Assembly: GCF_000143415.4 (NCBI RefSeq)
Contig: NW_003314332.1
Location: 558,001-622,000 of the forward strand
Source of the DNA: Selaginella moellendorffii
Lineage: Eukaryota > Plantae > Lycopodiophyta
Direction of reading: 5' to 3'
Length of the DNA stretch: 64,000 bases
Shown here in pieces: positions 24,229 through 36,759 of this stretch (position 1 is its first letter; each line of letters opens with the position of its first letter). A program made the position numbers and the translations under genes. The notes beneath the pieces were generated by a model. The model did not search any database, had not been told where the DNA came from, and was given only the letters and a program-made list of their open reading frames with translations.

Positions 24229-26190
24229 CTAGTTTCTCTCTTGCTCCAAGACGCTGGCGAGTAGGAGGTTTGGGGCCGCCACCCTCGAACCCAGTCCCAT
24301 CACTTCACTCGCGCCAAAGGCAGCATTCTTGAGATCACGTGCTTCTCGACAAGCGCCCAGAAAGCTCGTCCAATTGGCATAATCTGCTGTCCAAGGCATG
24401 GCGGCAATCAAGTCCCGAGCTTCTTCCAGGTATCCGGACCGGCCCAGAAGATCAATGAGACAGCCATAGTGCTTCCTTGTCGCTGCCAGGCCATGATCAA
24501 AGGCCATGGATGTGAAGTAGCTCCGGCCATCGTAAACTTTTCCCTGGTGGCTACACGCAAGCAGCATCGCCACGAAGCACGTCTCGTTCGGGGGCTCCAT
24601 TGTCTTCATCCTGTGAAACATCTCGATCGCAAAGGGGGAATTCCCACACTGGACGGATCCCACTAGCAAGCACGTCCATGCGATGGAATCCCTCACGGGC
24701 ATTCGATCGAAGAGATCCACAGCGCTGTATATCTGCCCATTTTGCGCGAATGCAATCAACATTGCCGTCCAGGACACCAGTGACCTGTGAGGAATCGCAT
24801 CAAACACTCCCTTGCATTGCTCAAGATGCCCATTTTGGGCATATGCCGCGAGCATCGACGTCCACGTAAACGCATTTGATTGAGGCATTTGGTCGAGCAT
24901 CTTCTCTGATTCTTCTAGATGCCCGTGCTGGGCATATGCCGATAGCATTGCGTTCCAGGCCACGAGATTCCACTGGGGCATGGAATCGAAGACGTAGCGT
25001 GCTTCTTCAAGATTCCCATTTGCGGCATATACCGTTACCATTGACGTCCACGTAATAAGATTCCTCTCCTCCATTCTCTCGAAGAGTTTTTGTGCTTGTA
25101 GGACTTGCCCGGTCTGGGCATACCCCGCCAGCATGGCATTACACATGGCAAGATCTGGCTCGTCAATCAAATCAAACATCTCCACCGCCTTGCCGACGTG
25201 ACCATTCTGGGCATATGCAGCCAGCAGCGACGTCCAAGAGAAGAGGTCAACGCGTGGCAAAGAGTCAAACAGCTTGACCGCATCTGTGAGATTCCCTTGC
25301 TGCCCGAGCGTCGCCACAAGGGAGCTCACACACCCAATGCCGTACACTGGCATCTTGTGGAGTATGGCCAATGCTCTATCCGTATGACCGTGCTGGGCAT
25401 ATGCCACGAGCATCGTGCCCATGGACACCACGTTTTGCTGGGGCATCTCGTCGTATATTTTCTTGGTTGTCTCTAGATCGTCGTGCTGGGCAAATGCCGA
25501 GAGGACAACGTTCCACGACACGAGATTTCTCTCTGGCATCGCGTGGAAGATCTCGCGAACTCGATCGAGCTCAAGACTGTGCACATAAGCTGTGACCAAA
25601 GTGTTCCAAGAGACAATCGTTCGTTCCGGCATTTGATCGAAGAACTCTTTGGCTTTTGGATGATCGCCGAGCTGGGCAAATGCGGCAAGCATAGAGTTCC
25701 AGCAACCGACGTCTCTCTCTGGCATCTCGCTAAACACTCTGGAAGATTCGCTAAGATCGGAATTGTGGGAATATGCAGCTAGCATGGCACTCCACGCGAG
25801 AAGGTCGTGGAATGGCATCTCGTCAAAGGTTTGCTTTGCGTGATCGACATGCCCTTTTTGGGCATATCCTGCAAGCAGCGAAGTCCACGATATCAAGTCC
25901 CTGCCGGGCATCTCATCAAAGAGTTTCTTGACTTCGTCCACGTCGCCGCACTGGCTGTATACCGCCAGCAGCGTGTTCCACGACACGAGGCTCCGCTGCG
26001 GCATGCCGTCGAAGAGCTGTTTAGCGTCGCCCAAGAGCCCATTACGGGCATATGCCGAGAGCATCGCATTCCAGGAGATAAGATCGCGCTGTGGAATCCT
26101 GGCAAAGAGCCGGCGAGCTTCGTCGATTTGGCCATTGCGAGCGAGCGCACAGAGCTTGGAAGTCCAGGAAACTGTATCGGCATGCGTCAT
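24229..26190 (-). CDS. Pentatricopeptide repeat protein (short-motif array plus E-like domain, no DYW), 653 aa
   Basis: About 16 tandem ~31-aa repeats (SWNAMLSAYAxxG..A..LFD.MP), then FVAMLLACSHQG and HYGCLIDLLGRSG..W.SFLGAC; intronless. Confidence 0.93.
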   Translation of the reverse strand: MTHADTVSWTSKLCALARNGQIDEARRLFARIPQRDLISWNAMLSAYARNGLLGDAKQLFDGMPQRSLVSWNTLLAVYSQCGDVDEVKKLFDEMPGRDLISWTSLLAGYAQKGHVDHAKQTFDEMPFHDLLAWSAMLAAYSHNSDLSESSRVFSEMPERDVGCWNSMLAAFAQLGDHPKAKEFFDQMPERTIVSWNTLVTAYVHSLELDRVREIFHAMPERNLVSWNVVLSAFAQHDDLETTKKIYDEMPQQNVVSMGTMLVAYAQHGHTDRALAILHKMPVYGIGCVSSLVATLGQQGNLTDAVKLFDSLPRVDLFSWTSLLAAYAQNGHVGKAVEMFDLIDEPDLAMCNAMLAGYAQTGQVLQAQKLFERMEERNLITWTSMVTVYAANGNLEEARYVFDSMPQWNLVAWNAMLSAYAQHGHLEESEKMLDQMPQSNAFTWTSMLAAYAQNGHLEQCKGVFDAIPHRSLVSWTAMLIAFAQNGQIYSAVDLFDRMPVRDSIAWTCLLVGSVQCGNSPFAIEMFHRMKTMEPPNETCFVAMLLACSHQGKVYDGRSYFTSMAFDHGLAATRKHYGCLIDLLGRSGYLEEARDLIAAMPWTADYANWTSFLGACREARDLKNAAFGASEVMGLGSRVAAPNLLLASVLEQERN

Positions 26191-26308
26191 GAACCAAAAG
26201 AAGGATCACATCCCGCGCTGCCCAATATGAGTACTGGAACGAGCTCTGGCAATGCCAAGGTGGTAGAAGTCATCAACCATAGATTGCGAGGAATTAAAAG
26301 GAGATTTC

Positions 26309-27097
26309 TTACAAAGGTTCCTTTTCCCTTTCCTTGTTCCACCTCTCGATTTTGGCCAGCCTTTCACGATCGCTCTCTCGTCGCCAGGGCGGGCTTCTCC
26401 TCGTATGGCGCTCCCCATCACGTCTGTAATCCCGCTCCCCATCCTCCTCCCTCGGGCGACGTTTGTGATCCCGCTCCCCATCCTCCTCCCTCGGGCGACG
26501 TCTGTGATCCCGCCTTGGTGGCGATGACGATCGATCGCCCATCAGCTCCCTCATCAGAGCTCTGCTAGGACGATACAAGTGCAAGAAGTTGCAGCATCCG
26601 CCCCGGCTGCACCCTCCTTGCTCCTCCTGCCGGCAAGACGCCTCGCGAAAATCCGTCACAGGGGAGAACTCGGCCGCGATCGGGCGCCCGGAGTAGAACC
26701 TCCCATTCAGCGCTGCCATAGCTGCGACTGCATGCTCCTCGTGCCGAAACTGGACGTAAACATTCCCGGCCAGATGGTTGCCGAAGTTGTTGCAGATCTT
26801 GAGCGCCTCCACCTTGCCGTGCTTGCTCACCTCCTTAAACACGTCCTCGTAGAACGCATCCAAGTCCTTTTGGAGCTCTTCCTTGGAAATGGCAGTGTTT
26901 CTGTATGCCTGACCGGGGGTGATCTCCGGGCTTTGATACATGTTGAGCAGCAAAGTGCAGCTCTGCTTAGGTTTTACGTGCGCTCTCGAGCATCGGTCCC
27001 CGTGTCGACAGGCGCCCATCTTGAGGTAGAAAGGGCAGTTCACTCGGTCTTGTTCGGTGCCAAAGATGTCAGCCAGGTGCTGCGCGCCACCTCCCAT
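26309..27097 (-). CDS. U2AF35: Splicing factor U2AF small subunit
   Basis: [35 protein letters not shown] domain [31 protein letters not shown], second zinc finger C.RGG.CNFLH, Arg-rich tail ending [14 protein letters not shown]; ATG 27097. Confidence 0.95.
   Translation of the reverse strand: MGGGAQHLADIFGTEQDRVNCPFYLKMGACRHGDRCSRAHVKPKQSCTLLLNMYQSPEITPGQAYRNTAISKEELQKDLDAFYEDVFKEVSKHGKVEALKICNNFGNHLAGNVYVQFRHEEHAVAAMAALNGRFYSGRPIAAEFSPVTDFREASCRQEEQGGCSRGGCCNFLHLYRPSRALMRELMGDRSSSPPRRDHRRRPREEDGERDHKRRPREEDGERDYRRDGERHTRRSPPWRRESDRERLAKIERWNKEREKEPL
26419..26511 (-). repeat. 33-bp in-frame tandem repeat in the U2AF35 tail
   Basis: [31 protein letters not shown]. Confidence 0.85.
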
Positions 27098-27273
27098 AAC
27101 GTTCCTCAAGAACCCTAGCCGAGACCTCTCGTATATATACACGGGTTGTCAAAAGGGTTGTCAAAAAGGTGGCCAAATGCCGTTACTGGGCATTCGTGAT
27201 GCTTGCTTGCCCTAATTCTCGACCCAAATCTCCCGCCAGGTTTTAGGGTTCTTATGCTAGGTTTTGGGGGTCA

Positions 27274-28200
27274 ATGGGGCACGAGATCCATCCCGCGAGC
27301 TCGCCGGCTCACAGGCGATTGCAGAGTCCATCGTCGCCCTTCTCGGCGCCGCGGAGGGCCGCATTGTCGACGCGCGAGGAGCCGGATCTAAGCTGGAGGG
27401 CGCTCGTCTATCGGCACCAGTTTCTACTGCTCATGCTGGGAGTACTCTTGTTTCTGTGCACTGTCTACTTGTATTTCGCTATAACGCTGGGGACGGGTAA
27501 TTCGTGCGCGGGGCTCACAGGAGTCCAGAAGGAGATTTGCAGCCTCTCCTCCAAGGACAAGACGAGGCGCGTGGGCGCGAGAGCACTCCTGGTGAGTGAT
27601 CGCAGCATTGCTTATTGTCTTGCTGGGATTTTTACTCGAGAATGTGTGTTCCCTCTAGACAGATTTAAATGCTGGGGAGCTCTGGAGAAAAGAATTAAAC
27701 CTTGGTCTGTGCACTGACGCTGAAGGAGCTGATGGTTTCTCGTGCAAGGTAAGCAAAGAGATGGATGGAATGGAAGCGTGCATTTTAGATCTGACTGGTT
27801 GCTTATATTTCTTTAGAAACTTAAAACAGGAACACAAGCTTCCTTGGAAGCAAATAGTGGCCTGTTCGATCTGGTTTTCCTAGAGCTTCATAGCTCTCGA
27901 AACGGTACGTACGCGTCTTAAACTTGAAAACCTTTGATTTTACGTTTTTTTTTCCACAGATCACAAGTGTGCTGTGGGGATCTCAAAACTGGTCAGAAAG
28001 GGTGGAGTTTTAGTGGCATCTATCGACATCTCGGAGTTCATGCAAAAACTTAACTGGTCTTTTGTCGGAAGGTTGTCTTCGAGTGTCTCATTTTATGTGC
28101 TCTTCTGATAGTTTTTGCTTTTCCTTTTGCAGAAACCGTGACCAGGGCCAGATCTGGCGGGCTCCTCAATAACACGCGGATTTGTCTTTTGGTAGGTAAT
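27274..28200 (+). CDS. Single-TM plant protein (HQFLL..LCTVYLYFAITLG..SCAGLTG), possibly spliced to downstream methyltransferase-like exons
   Basis: ATG 27274, a hydrophobic helix, GT donor at ~27592, and downstream exon-like pieces FDLVFLE and KLVRKGGVLV; the 3' structure is uncertain. Confidence 0.5.
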
Positions 28201-29694
28201 CTATGCTGTATTTTTTATCGCAGGCTTAATCACCTAATATCGAAATGAAAAGTATCGTGGATCAAACTTTCCAAGTCTACCAAGAGTACTGATCGGGTTT
28301 TATTATGTCTGCAAAGAGGCAGGAAACTGTGATGATCGAGACGATTGCTTCCCTTCGAAGACCTGTAAGACTTGAGTTTCTTTTGGAAGTTCTTAACTCT
28401 TTCTTTTGCCTGTGTTTCCTCTCAGGAACGCGCTTGCACTGTCAAAGTGAACTTGCTGCAAACATCATTTCGAAGATGCTGACTTTGATTGATCCCGTTA
28501 TGGCGATTCCAGAACAGCAAACCAAAGGTAATCATCTGGGGTTCTTTCGATTAATTTGAGCAGGGCGTCAGACCGTTTTGCAGGATAGTGAGCTTTTAAA
28601 ATGGATGTCGCCATTTGCTTGTAGGTGGGCGATGTCCGGATCGAAGGACATATCCAATCGACACATTCAAAGTTTCAATAGCGAGGTATCAACCAGCGCT
28701 GCTTGATAGTCTACTGATATATATACTGATAATCTACTTGATTCCAGAGATGAGATTTTCAACCCTGGTGTGTGGCGTGCTCAGAAGATTCTCCACATTT
28801 CGTTTGGGGTTGTGGGAAGAACGCGCCTTTGAGCTTAATTTTTGCGTACTAAGCTTGCAGGGACCAAACCATCATCATCCTTTCTAGAGATTGACGAAGA
28901 CCAGCAAAAATTAAACCAAGCTAGCAAGCAAATCTATGGACGGATGCGATGGGCCGGAAAGCAACACTGCCATCGCAATCCCACCGTACGATTTGGACGA
29001 CCCGGGCCTCGTGACTGCCGACAGTGGGGTGCTGGTGGTCGATTCCCGTCCCGAGAAAGGCATCGTTTTTGGCATATACCTCGTGGGGACCAAAGCGTAT
29101 CAGATATTTTGCGTGCTTTTCCAAGCCATGGACTTGGCTGCGCGTACGAACGGACAGCCCAGTACGGTCGGGCCGGCATTATTTTACTGTGGTAAATGTC
29201 AAAATCGAGGAGTGAAGGAGCTGTCAGGAAATTGTTTTTCACCGCCTCTCTTCTGTGGGTTTAAACGGGAGACTAGGTCTTTCTCGGGGGTTTAGCTAGG
29301 CATTTTCTCTCGTTTGATCAGACCGATCGATCGAGCGATCTCTTTCGGTTAGGCCGGATGCCGCCAGGAATCGGAGCGTATCATCGGGTACTAGTGATGC
29401 GTTTGACAGCAGCAGCGGTAGTGCGGCGGCATCCATCGCGAGATTTCGGCTACATTCGAGCGTTTCTTCACAAGATTTCTTGAGGCAAGTGTGTGAGAGC
29501 GAGTTCTTTCCCGTGGAGGGAGAATCCATCCCTGCATTCACAGAAATCGAGGCAGAGGGCGAGTATTTCCCAAGACTGCTAGCATCGAGAGAATGCTGCT
29601 ACTGGGAAGAACGATCAGATAGGGCGGACAGGCATGATCATCGTCTTTCTCGTAGAAGGAAGAGAGGCAGTGTAGTCTAAGCTCCGAGGAAGGC

Positions 29695-32185
29695 ATGGGC
29701 TGCGCAGCATCGAAAGTGAGCAAGGCGGAGGATGTGAGTAGATGTCGCGCGAGACGAAGGCTCATGAAGCAGACAGTGGCGTCAAGGCATCACTTTGCGG
29801 CAACTCACGCGGCTTACATCCAAGCCATGAAGAACGTAGGGGCGGCTTTCCGGCAATTTGGAGAGACCGAGCTTCGTGATGCTCAAGCAGCAGCCGCCGA
29901 GCGTACAAAATCGAGCTCCCTTCAGTCACCCGATCGGCCACTTCCTCCACCTCCGCCGCCAGTGTTCCTCCAAGACTCTCCTCGCATGGAGTTCCTTTCT
30001 CCTCCCGCATCTCCCATCAAGACGGAAGATCACGAGAGCGAGGAAGCCAAGGATCAGGAGCGCCGCCAACGCAAGAGAGAACAGGAGCAGCACCAAAGTC
30101 GGTTCCAAAAGTTGGAGCAAGAGCACGAGGGCTTCTACTATCACCGTGGTGGAGACGATGACAAAGATGACAAGGGAGCGTACTACTTTACTGCTCCACC
30201 GCCTCCTCCAGTTCCCTCGAGCACAGCTCCGCCTCCACCGTCGCCTCCAAGAGACTCGGCCTGGGAGTTTCTGGATCCGTTCAGGCCGCAAGAGCACCCG
30301 GTTCTTCTTCACGACCAACGCACCTCGAAAAAGGTGGAGGTTTCTAAGCAGGACCGCGAGAGAATGGAAGATCACCACCACCACCACCACCACGATGATG
30401 ATGATGACGATGAGGACGACGATGACGAGCACGAAGTGTCCAGCAACCCGGACAAGCCGGTGGTTGTCAAGAACCCCAGCGTCATTGGTTCCAGCAAGCG
30501 AGACTTGGCGATTATTCTGCTCCCGAGTGGCGGGATTGGACGCAAGGACCTTCTCGACGTTGTCAAGGAGGTTGATGAGTTGTTCCTTCGTGCTTACGAG
30601 TGTGGGAAGGACGTTTCCAAGCTTCTGGAGGCGAGAAAGGTTCACTACCACTCTAATTTCGTCGACTCAAGAGGTAACGCTTTCTACCATTTGCTTTATA
30701 ATTAAGTTCCAAAACTTCTTGCAGGATATGAATCGCACTCGAAGAGAGTGTTGCAAGCAATTTCTTTAGGCCACAGAGGTTCGAGCAAAACCCCTTTGAA
30801 GGTAGTTGCTTCCGAGGATCACCTAAGCAGCCCCGAGGACTCTGGTAAAGCTGGAAGTCATGCCGGTACTCTGGACAGCTTGTTGGCCTGGGAGAAGAAA
30901 CTGTACGAAGAAGTTAAGGTGATGTCTCGTGCTTCCTAGTGTTATGTTTAAATGTGTTATGGCAGAATACAGAAGTGATACGAGCTGAGTACCGGAAAAA
31001 ATGTTCCCCCAAGCTCCAGGAAGAAATGAGCGACACAACCAGGTCCATGATCAAGACCTTGTCCACGAAAATTCAGGTGTCGCTGCAGGGTGTGGACACG
31101 GCAATCTCTGCCATCAACAAGCTCAAGGAAGACGAGCTTCATACACAACTTGTTCAACTTATTGAAGGGTATGTACGAGGTTTTGGATTTCTGTCAATCA
31201 CTGATTTTCTTAGAACAGGCTAATGAACATGTGGAACGAGCTTTACGATTGTCACCAGAGACAACACAAGATCGCATCGGACATGAAATCCTTAGACCAC
31301 TGGGGGACTGTGGAGCCGACGACTAACATCCACAGAGTAGCAACTTCTCAGCTCGAACTAGCGCTCGGTGCGTGGCTCGCAGGATTCAACAAGCTCATCT
31401 CCGCGCAGCGGGATTACCTCCACAACCTGACGGGCTGGCTTCGACTTAGCAACATGCAGCTCGAGTTGGAATCCGCCAGAGAAACTCCAGGCAGCAAGAA
31501 GAAGCAAGCCACGGCAAGGCCGGCGTGGCTGGCGTCCATGCTCCAGCTCTGCCTGGACTGGAGCTTGGCGCTGGACAGACTGCCAGACAAGGTAGCCTCG
31601 GAGTCGATCAAGAGCTTCGAGGCCGTGGTTCACAAGCTGGTGGATCTCCAGAACGAGGAAGTGAAGCACAGGAAGAAGCTGGATGCTGTCTCCAAGGAAT
31701 TCGACAAGAAGATGGCACGCTTGTCAGCGAGTACGAAGCATCGCAAAGCGAGCCGGGAAGAGCAGCAGCAGCAAGCGACTGACACTCGAAAGGAGAAAGA
31801 TCCAGACAAAGAGAAGGCGGCGGCGGAGAACGATCCTCCTGGATCAGCTGAAGCGACCAACGAAGATAGCAATCTGGTGGAGTCCATCCCGAGCATCCTG
31901 CGAGCAGCAGCTAATCGAGGCAGTGGCAAATCGAGGCGGCGGGGCTCTCCCGAGGAGAGGATGCGTCAGGCTGTGAATTCGATCCAGGCAAAGCTCGAGG
32001 AAGAGAAGGAGCGAGTGGCAAAGGTTGTGTTTGACACGAGGGCGACGACCATCAACAGCTTACACACGGGATTGCCGAGCATCTTTCAGGCGGTGGCAGG
32101 ATTCGGTCGCATCTCCCTCCATGCGTATCAGAGCCTCTACTGCCAGGCACACAATGGCGCTCTCCTCCGGATCACTCAAGCCTAG
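29695..32185 (+). CDS. DUF630/DUF632 protein (NRG2/APSR1/REL2 family), copy 1, four exons
   Basis: MGCAASK..CRARRRLMKQTV..RHHFAATHAAY, Pro-rich linker, AWEFLDPF, HAGTLDSLLAWEKKLYEEVK, ELHTQLVQL, QRDYLHNLTGWL. Confidence 0.93.
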
Positions 32186-32233
32186 GGACGATGACAAGTG
32201 TGCCCTAGCGCTAAATAGGGCAAAGGTAGTACT

Positions 32234-32268
32234 GCCACGTGTATGCAGTACTCATTGCCACGTGTATG
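32234..32268 (+). promoter_or_regulatory. Duplicated G-box (TGCCACGTGTATG x2) between the DUF632 genes
   Basis: Two CACGTG motifs in a short direct repeat. Confidence 0.4.
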
Positions 32269-32978
32269 TAGTTAATATTCTAGTTAATGAATCGCATTTC
32301 CCGCGGTGAATTTCAAATTTTCTTGAGCCCCACCTGTGCGCGGGGCCTTGAGATCCGGGCAGGGCGGAAGAACCCTAATCGTGCGACACGAATCGAGCGA
32401 GGGAGAAAGAGGAGGGGAGAAATTCCTTTCCCATATCTTGCCTCGCGGAGGAGAGATTTGATTAGATTGAGGAGCCGCCCGTTGCGTGTTGGGTGCGCGC
32501 GGATTGATGTGCCCGCATTTAATTAATCCGGTCGCGCAAGGAAGGGAGAATTTCCCGTTTGTGGGCTTTTGCATCGCGGTGCGCTGCCCGATCTTCGTTT
32601 TTTGGCGCTGCCTGGCCGCGCCGCTGACAGCCACTATTCCTTTCTTTCTTCGCTGGTCTCTCTCTCGTGTTCTGGGGATTTCTATTTCTTGTCTCCATCC
32701 AAAGCAGGCACAAGGTCTCGCTTTCGAGGTCACGATCGTTGTTTTGGAGTGGAGATCACATCGATAGATAGATAGCTCCCCCTTCGTTTTTTTTAATCGC
32801 GCTCTTGTTCGTGTTCTTCCGGTGATCGATCGATGGAAATATCGTGATCCTTGGTCCTCTTCTCCTGGTTCTTGATCGGCTACTCGCTCTTTCTTGTTCG
32901 GTCGATCGAAATATCGTTTTCCAGCTCTCGAAATACTCTCTAGCTCACCGAGCTATCGAACGATCCATCCATCGAAAG

Positions 32979-35221
32979 ATGGGATGCACGAGCTCCAAGG
33001 TCGACAACGAAGAGAAGGTCGCGCGATGCAAGGCCAGGAAGCGATTCATGAAGCACGCGGTGGCATCGCGGCATCAATTCGCGGCCAGTCATGCCGCGTA
33101 CGTGCAAGCGCTCAAGAACGTAGGAGCGGCATTCCGGCAGTTTGGCGAGACCGAGATCCCCGACACGACCTCATCGTCTTCCACCGATCACGACTACAAT
33201 CCATCGTCTCCAACGACGCCGGACGCTAAGCCGCCGCCTCGCCCTCTCTTCCTTCCACCGCCATCGCCCAACGATCGCCACGGCCTCAAGCTCGATCCCG
33301 CCAGTGTGATTCTCGAGGAAGAGGAGCTCTCGCCGGATCTCAGCCCCGAGAAGAAGAAGGATCATCGCGTCAAGAACAAGAAGAGCAGCGGCGGTAGAGA
33401 GGTTCTTCCACCGCCATTGCCACTTGGTAGCGCTCCACCGCCGCCGCCTCCTCCCAAATCTTCGGCATGGGGCTTTCTCGATCCATTCCAGGAGGACGAA
33501 GCCACCGCGGCCGTGGCTGTGGCGGCTGAGACCTTCACTGTGTCTTCCAAGAGCACCAGTGGCCGCGCTCGCGCGAAGCTGTGGTTTCCAGCGGCGGAGA
33601 AGGATCTGGAGCAGCGGTCCAGCGATAACAGCCTGGCGATCATCGTGAGGCGATCGGGAAGCAAGGAGCTTGTGGATGTTCTTCGCGAGCTGGACGAGCT
33701 TTTCCTCCGGGGCTACCAGAGCGGCAAAGAGGTAGGGAAGCTGCTCGAGGCGAGGAAGATCCACTACCACTCCAATTTCGTGGAGAATCGAGGTAGGATG
33801 CTCGTTGTTCCTGGGGCTAGATTTTCTGTTCTCATCGATCGCTACGCGCAGGGTTTGATTCTCACTCCAGCAAGGTTCTCAATGCGATCTCTTGGTCCAA
33901 CTGGAAGTCGCCGCTCAAGCGCAAAACGGAGGAGACGGCGCTCGCAGTGACCGACGAGGATTTTGGAGCTCACTCGGGCACTCTGGATCGGCTGCTTGTC
34001 TGGGAGAAGAAGCTCTACGAAGAAATGCGAGTAAGTTTTTTTCTTCTTGGTTTTGGAAGCTCTTTTGATCGATCGATCGATGGGTTGCCACAGACTGCCG
34101 AGGCGAATCGAATCGAGTATGAGAAGAAGTGCGCCCAGCTCCGGCACCAGGACTCCAAGGGCGACTACAACGAGTCCATCGACAAGACGCGCAACATGAT
34201 CAAGATGCTCCAGACGAGGATCGTGGTGGCGCTTCAGGGAGTGGACACTGCCGTGGCGGCCATCATCAAGATCCGCGACGAGGAGCTCTATCCCCAGCTC
34301 CTGGAGCTGGAAGAAGGGTATGCCACGCGTGTTCTAGGCTCATTGACGATTGGTCATTTCAGGTTGACTGGAATGTGGGCGGAGCTCTACGCCGTCCACG
34401 AGAAGCAGTATGCGGCGGTGAGCCGGATGAGGCCTCTGGATTGTCTCTTGGGCTCGGTGGAGGCGACGAGCAACATCCATCGCTTGGCAACCTCGCAGCT
34501 CGAGGCATCGCTAGACAATTGGTACAGCTGCTTGAACAAGCTCATCACCAGCCAGAGGGACTACATGAGGAACCTGTGCGGCTGGGTGCGGCTCTGCGTG
34601 ATGCCGTTCGAGGACATCAAGGATTCTCCAACTCTGTCGGCTGGATCATCGACTCCTCCAATCCACGACGTCTGTCTCGAGTGGCACCAGGCTCTGGATC
34701 GCCTCCCGGACAAGGTGGCCTTGGAGGCCATCAAGAGCTTCGTGGCGGTGATCCACAAGATCGTGGAGCTGCAGAACACGGAGCTCCAGCACCGGAAGAA
34801 GGTGGAGTCACTCACCAAGGAGATCGACAAGAAGGTGGCCTACATCCAGAACTACGAGAAGAAACACCCCGACTCGGCCTCCACTACCACTGCCACGGCC
34901 TCGGATCATCACCACCATAGCAATCACCTGGACGAGACCGACGAGCTCACGGTTCTCCACGACATTCTTCCGCCAAAGAGCCCGCTTGCCGATAGGAGAG
35001 CCGCGGTGGATTTGCTCCGGAGGAAGCTGGAAGAGGAGAAGGAGCAAGTTTCCAAGGCGGTGTATGATACCCGAGCTATGACACTGAATAGCCTCCACAC
35101 CGGACTCCCCAGCGTGTTCCAGTCGGTGGCCGGCTTTGCGAGCGTTTGCTCCCAGGCCTTCCAGTTGCTTTACCACAACGCTCGCGTCAACAAGGAGGAA
35201 GCTAGTAGCTATTCGCCATGA
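32979..35221 (+). CDS. DUF630/DUF632 protein, copy 2 (tandem paralog)
   Basis: MGCTSSKVDNEEKVARCKARKRFMK, AWGFLDPF, HSGTLDRLLVWEKKLYEE, RDEELYPQLLEL; intron positions correspond to copy 1. Confidence 0.93.
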
Positions 35222-35290
35222 TCTAGAGGAGGAAGCTCGTAGGTATTCGCCATGATCTAGAGGAGGATACTCGCAGCTATTCGCCAGAGC
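35193..35290 (+). repeat. 33-bp tandem repeat spanning the stop codon of DUF632 copy 2
   Basis: GGAGGAAGCT..AGCTATTCGCCATGATCTAGA about 3 times; related array at 44069-44220. Confidence 0.85.
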
Positions 35291-35489
35291 TCGGGGAGGA
35301 GGAGATTTTGCGGCAATCTATTTCACTAGCTATGCTTTCTACTTGTATATATGTTGGTGCTCTACGCCATTTTGAATTTAAAGGACTGTTATGAGTATAT
35401 GCTCTTGAATTCCCGCTTTATTTATCTAGGGTTTTTAGCGTTTTTGTCCAGGAAATCTGCTTTTGATCGTTGGTCCGCCAGATTCTAGT

Positions 35490-36303
35490 AAGTGAGAGAG
35501 TTCGCAAGGAGGCAGCAGGCATATCCCCTCTCCATCAACATGCGCGAAGGGAAGTTCAACACTGCCGCTAGTTTTGCTGCGAAGCTCAAGTCTAGGTCGT
35601 CTGGATTTGTAGAGGTGGTCGTCAAGGCGGTCTCTATCCCACCATTAGGGGATCCTGTGACTGATGGCAGGGTAGCAGCCACAGCAGCAGCTGAACAGGG
35701 TTGATCGATCGGATATAATGGCCCTCCTTGGAGGTCTGAGAGGTCCCTTTGAGAATTGGATAACGTTTGGCAGGGAGCTTTTGCGGAAGCCAGGGCTTCC
35801 TTCAATCATCATTGACGAGGCTAATAGGCTGCGGAGCAGATGGACCTCGCAACGCTATTTCATCGTGTTGACCAAGGAGGCTAACATAGCCAACGTGATT
35901 CTGCCAGAAAGTGTTTGTGAGATCATGTGATGTGTCTACGATGACAGGAGGAAACATCATTTCATGAGATTGCAGCTGCGTATGATCCTGCAACACTGCC
36001 TCGGAGGTGCACCTCTTTGGACAGCAGGTTGTTACCTAGCCGTGTGAAGGTGGTGTGGTGAGTGAAGATGAGCTTCTTTATGGACACGTTCTCAGCAAGG
36101 AGGCACTCTATAGCCTCATCCAGCATAAGTTTCTTCACTTCAGGGACATGAGACTCTCGGCCAAGGACCTTTTGTGGTACAAAGGGCATTGGCCTGTTGT
36201 CATGCCGCTTTCCAAGCCACACTACCATGCGAGTTCTTGCGCATTAAGACAGGCGAAATGGAGGAGTCTACAGGGCTGTTCGAAGAATTTGAGGGCTTGC
36301 TAA
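35490..36303 (+). pseudogene. P-loop/AAA-type ATPase fragment
   Basis: Walker B-like LPSIIIDEANRL..FIVLTKEANIANVIL; no Walker A seen; several stops and frameshifts. Confidence 0.5.
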
Positions 36304-36759
36304 AATTGATGCTTTGTGCAGCAATGCTATGATTTGCTTTGGTTTTCTTATGAAAACATTTTATGTTTTTTTATGTGTTCTACTTTTTTTCAATTTATAT
36401 ATCCATATACAAATTTTCTTGTTATTTTCTTATTTGTAATAGTTTTTCCATGAGCTCTTTTAATCTTTTATCATATTAAAGTTTCTTATTATTATAATGT
36501 TAGATTTTGATAGCCATTGCATTGGTTTCAATCTAGACCACTTGCTTCTGTAGATAAACTAGGTTTTGGGTTAATTGAATATACATTTTTTTTTCTTTTC
36601 TAAATAATATACTCTTCCTTTGTGGTAGCCTTTTCCTCCTCTTTTCAATATTCCCAAATTTCCTATATATCTTCAAGGGATAACATTGAGCACATTAAAT
36701 TTGGACTTTCAATGTTCTTAAATTTCCCATATGTTTTTGAAGGATAATATTGAGCACAA

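Noticed and set aside
24469-27118. Long antisense ORFs over the PPR and U2AF35 genes (similarly over DUF632, GULLO and PDC)
   Set aside because: Expected shadow ORFs of GC-rich coding sequence, with no recognisable motifs.
35193-35290. 33-bp repeats as a possible CRISPR array (also 44069-44220, 26419-26511)
   Set aside because: Head-to-tail units without unique spacers, eukaryotic context, and no cas genes.
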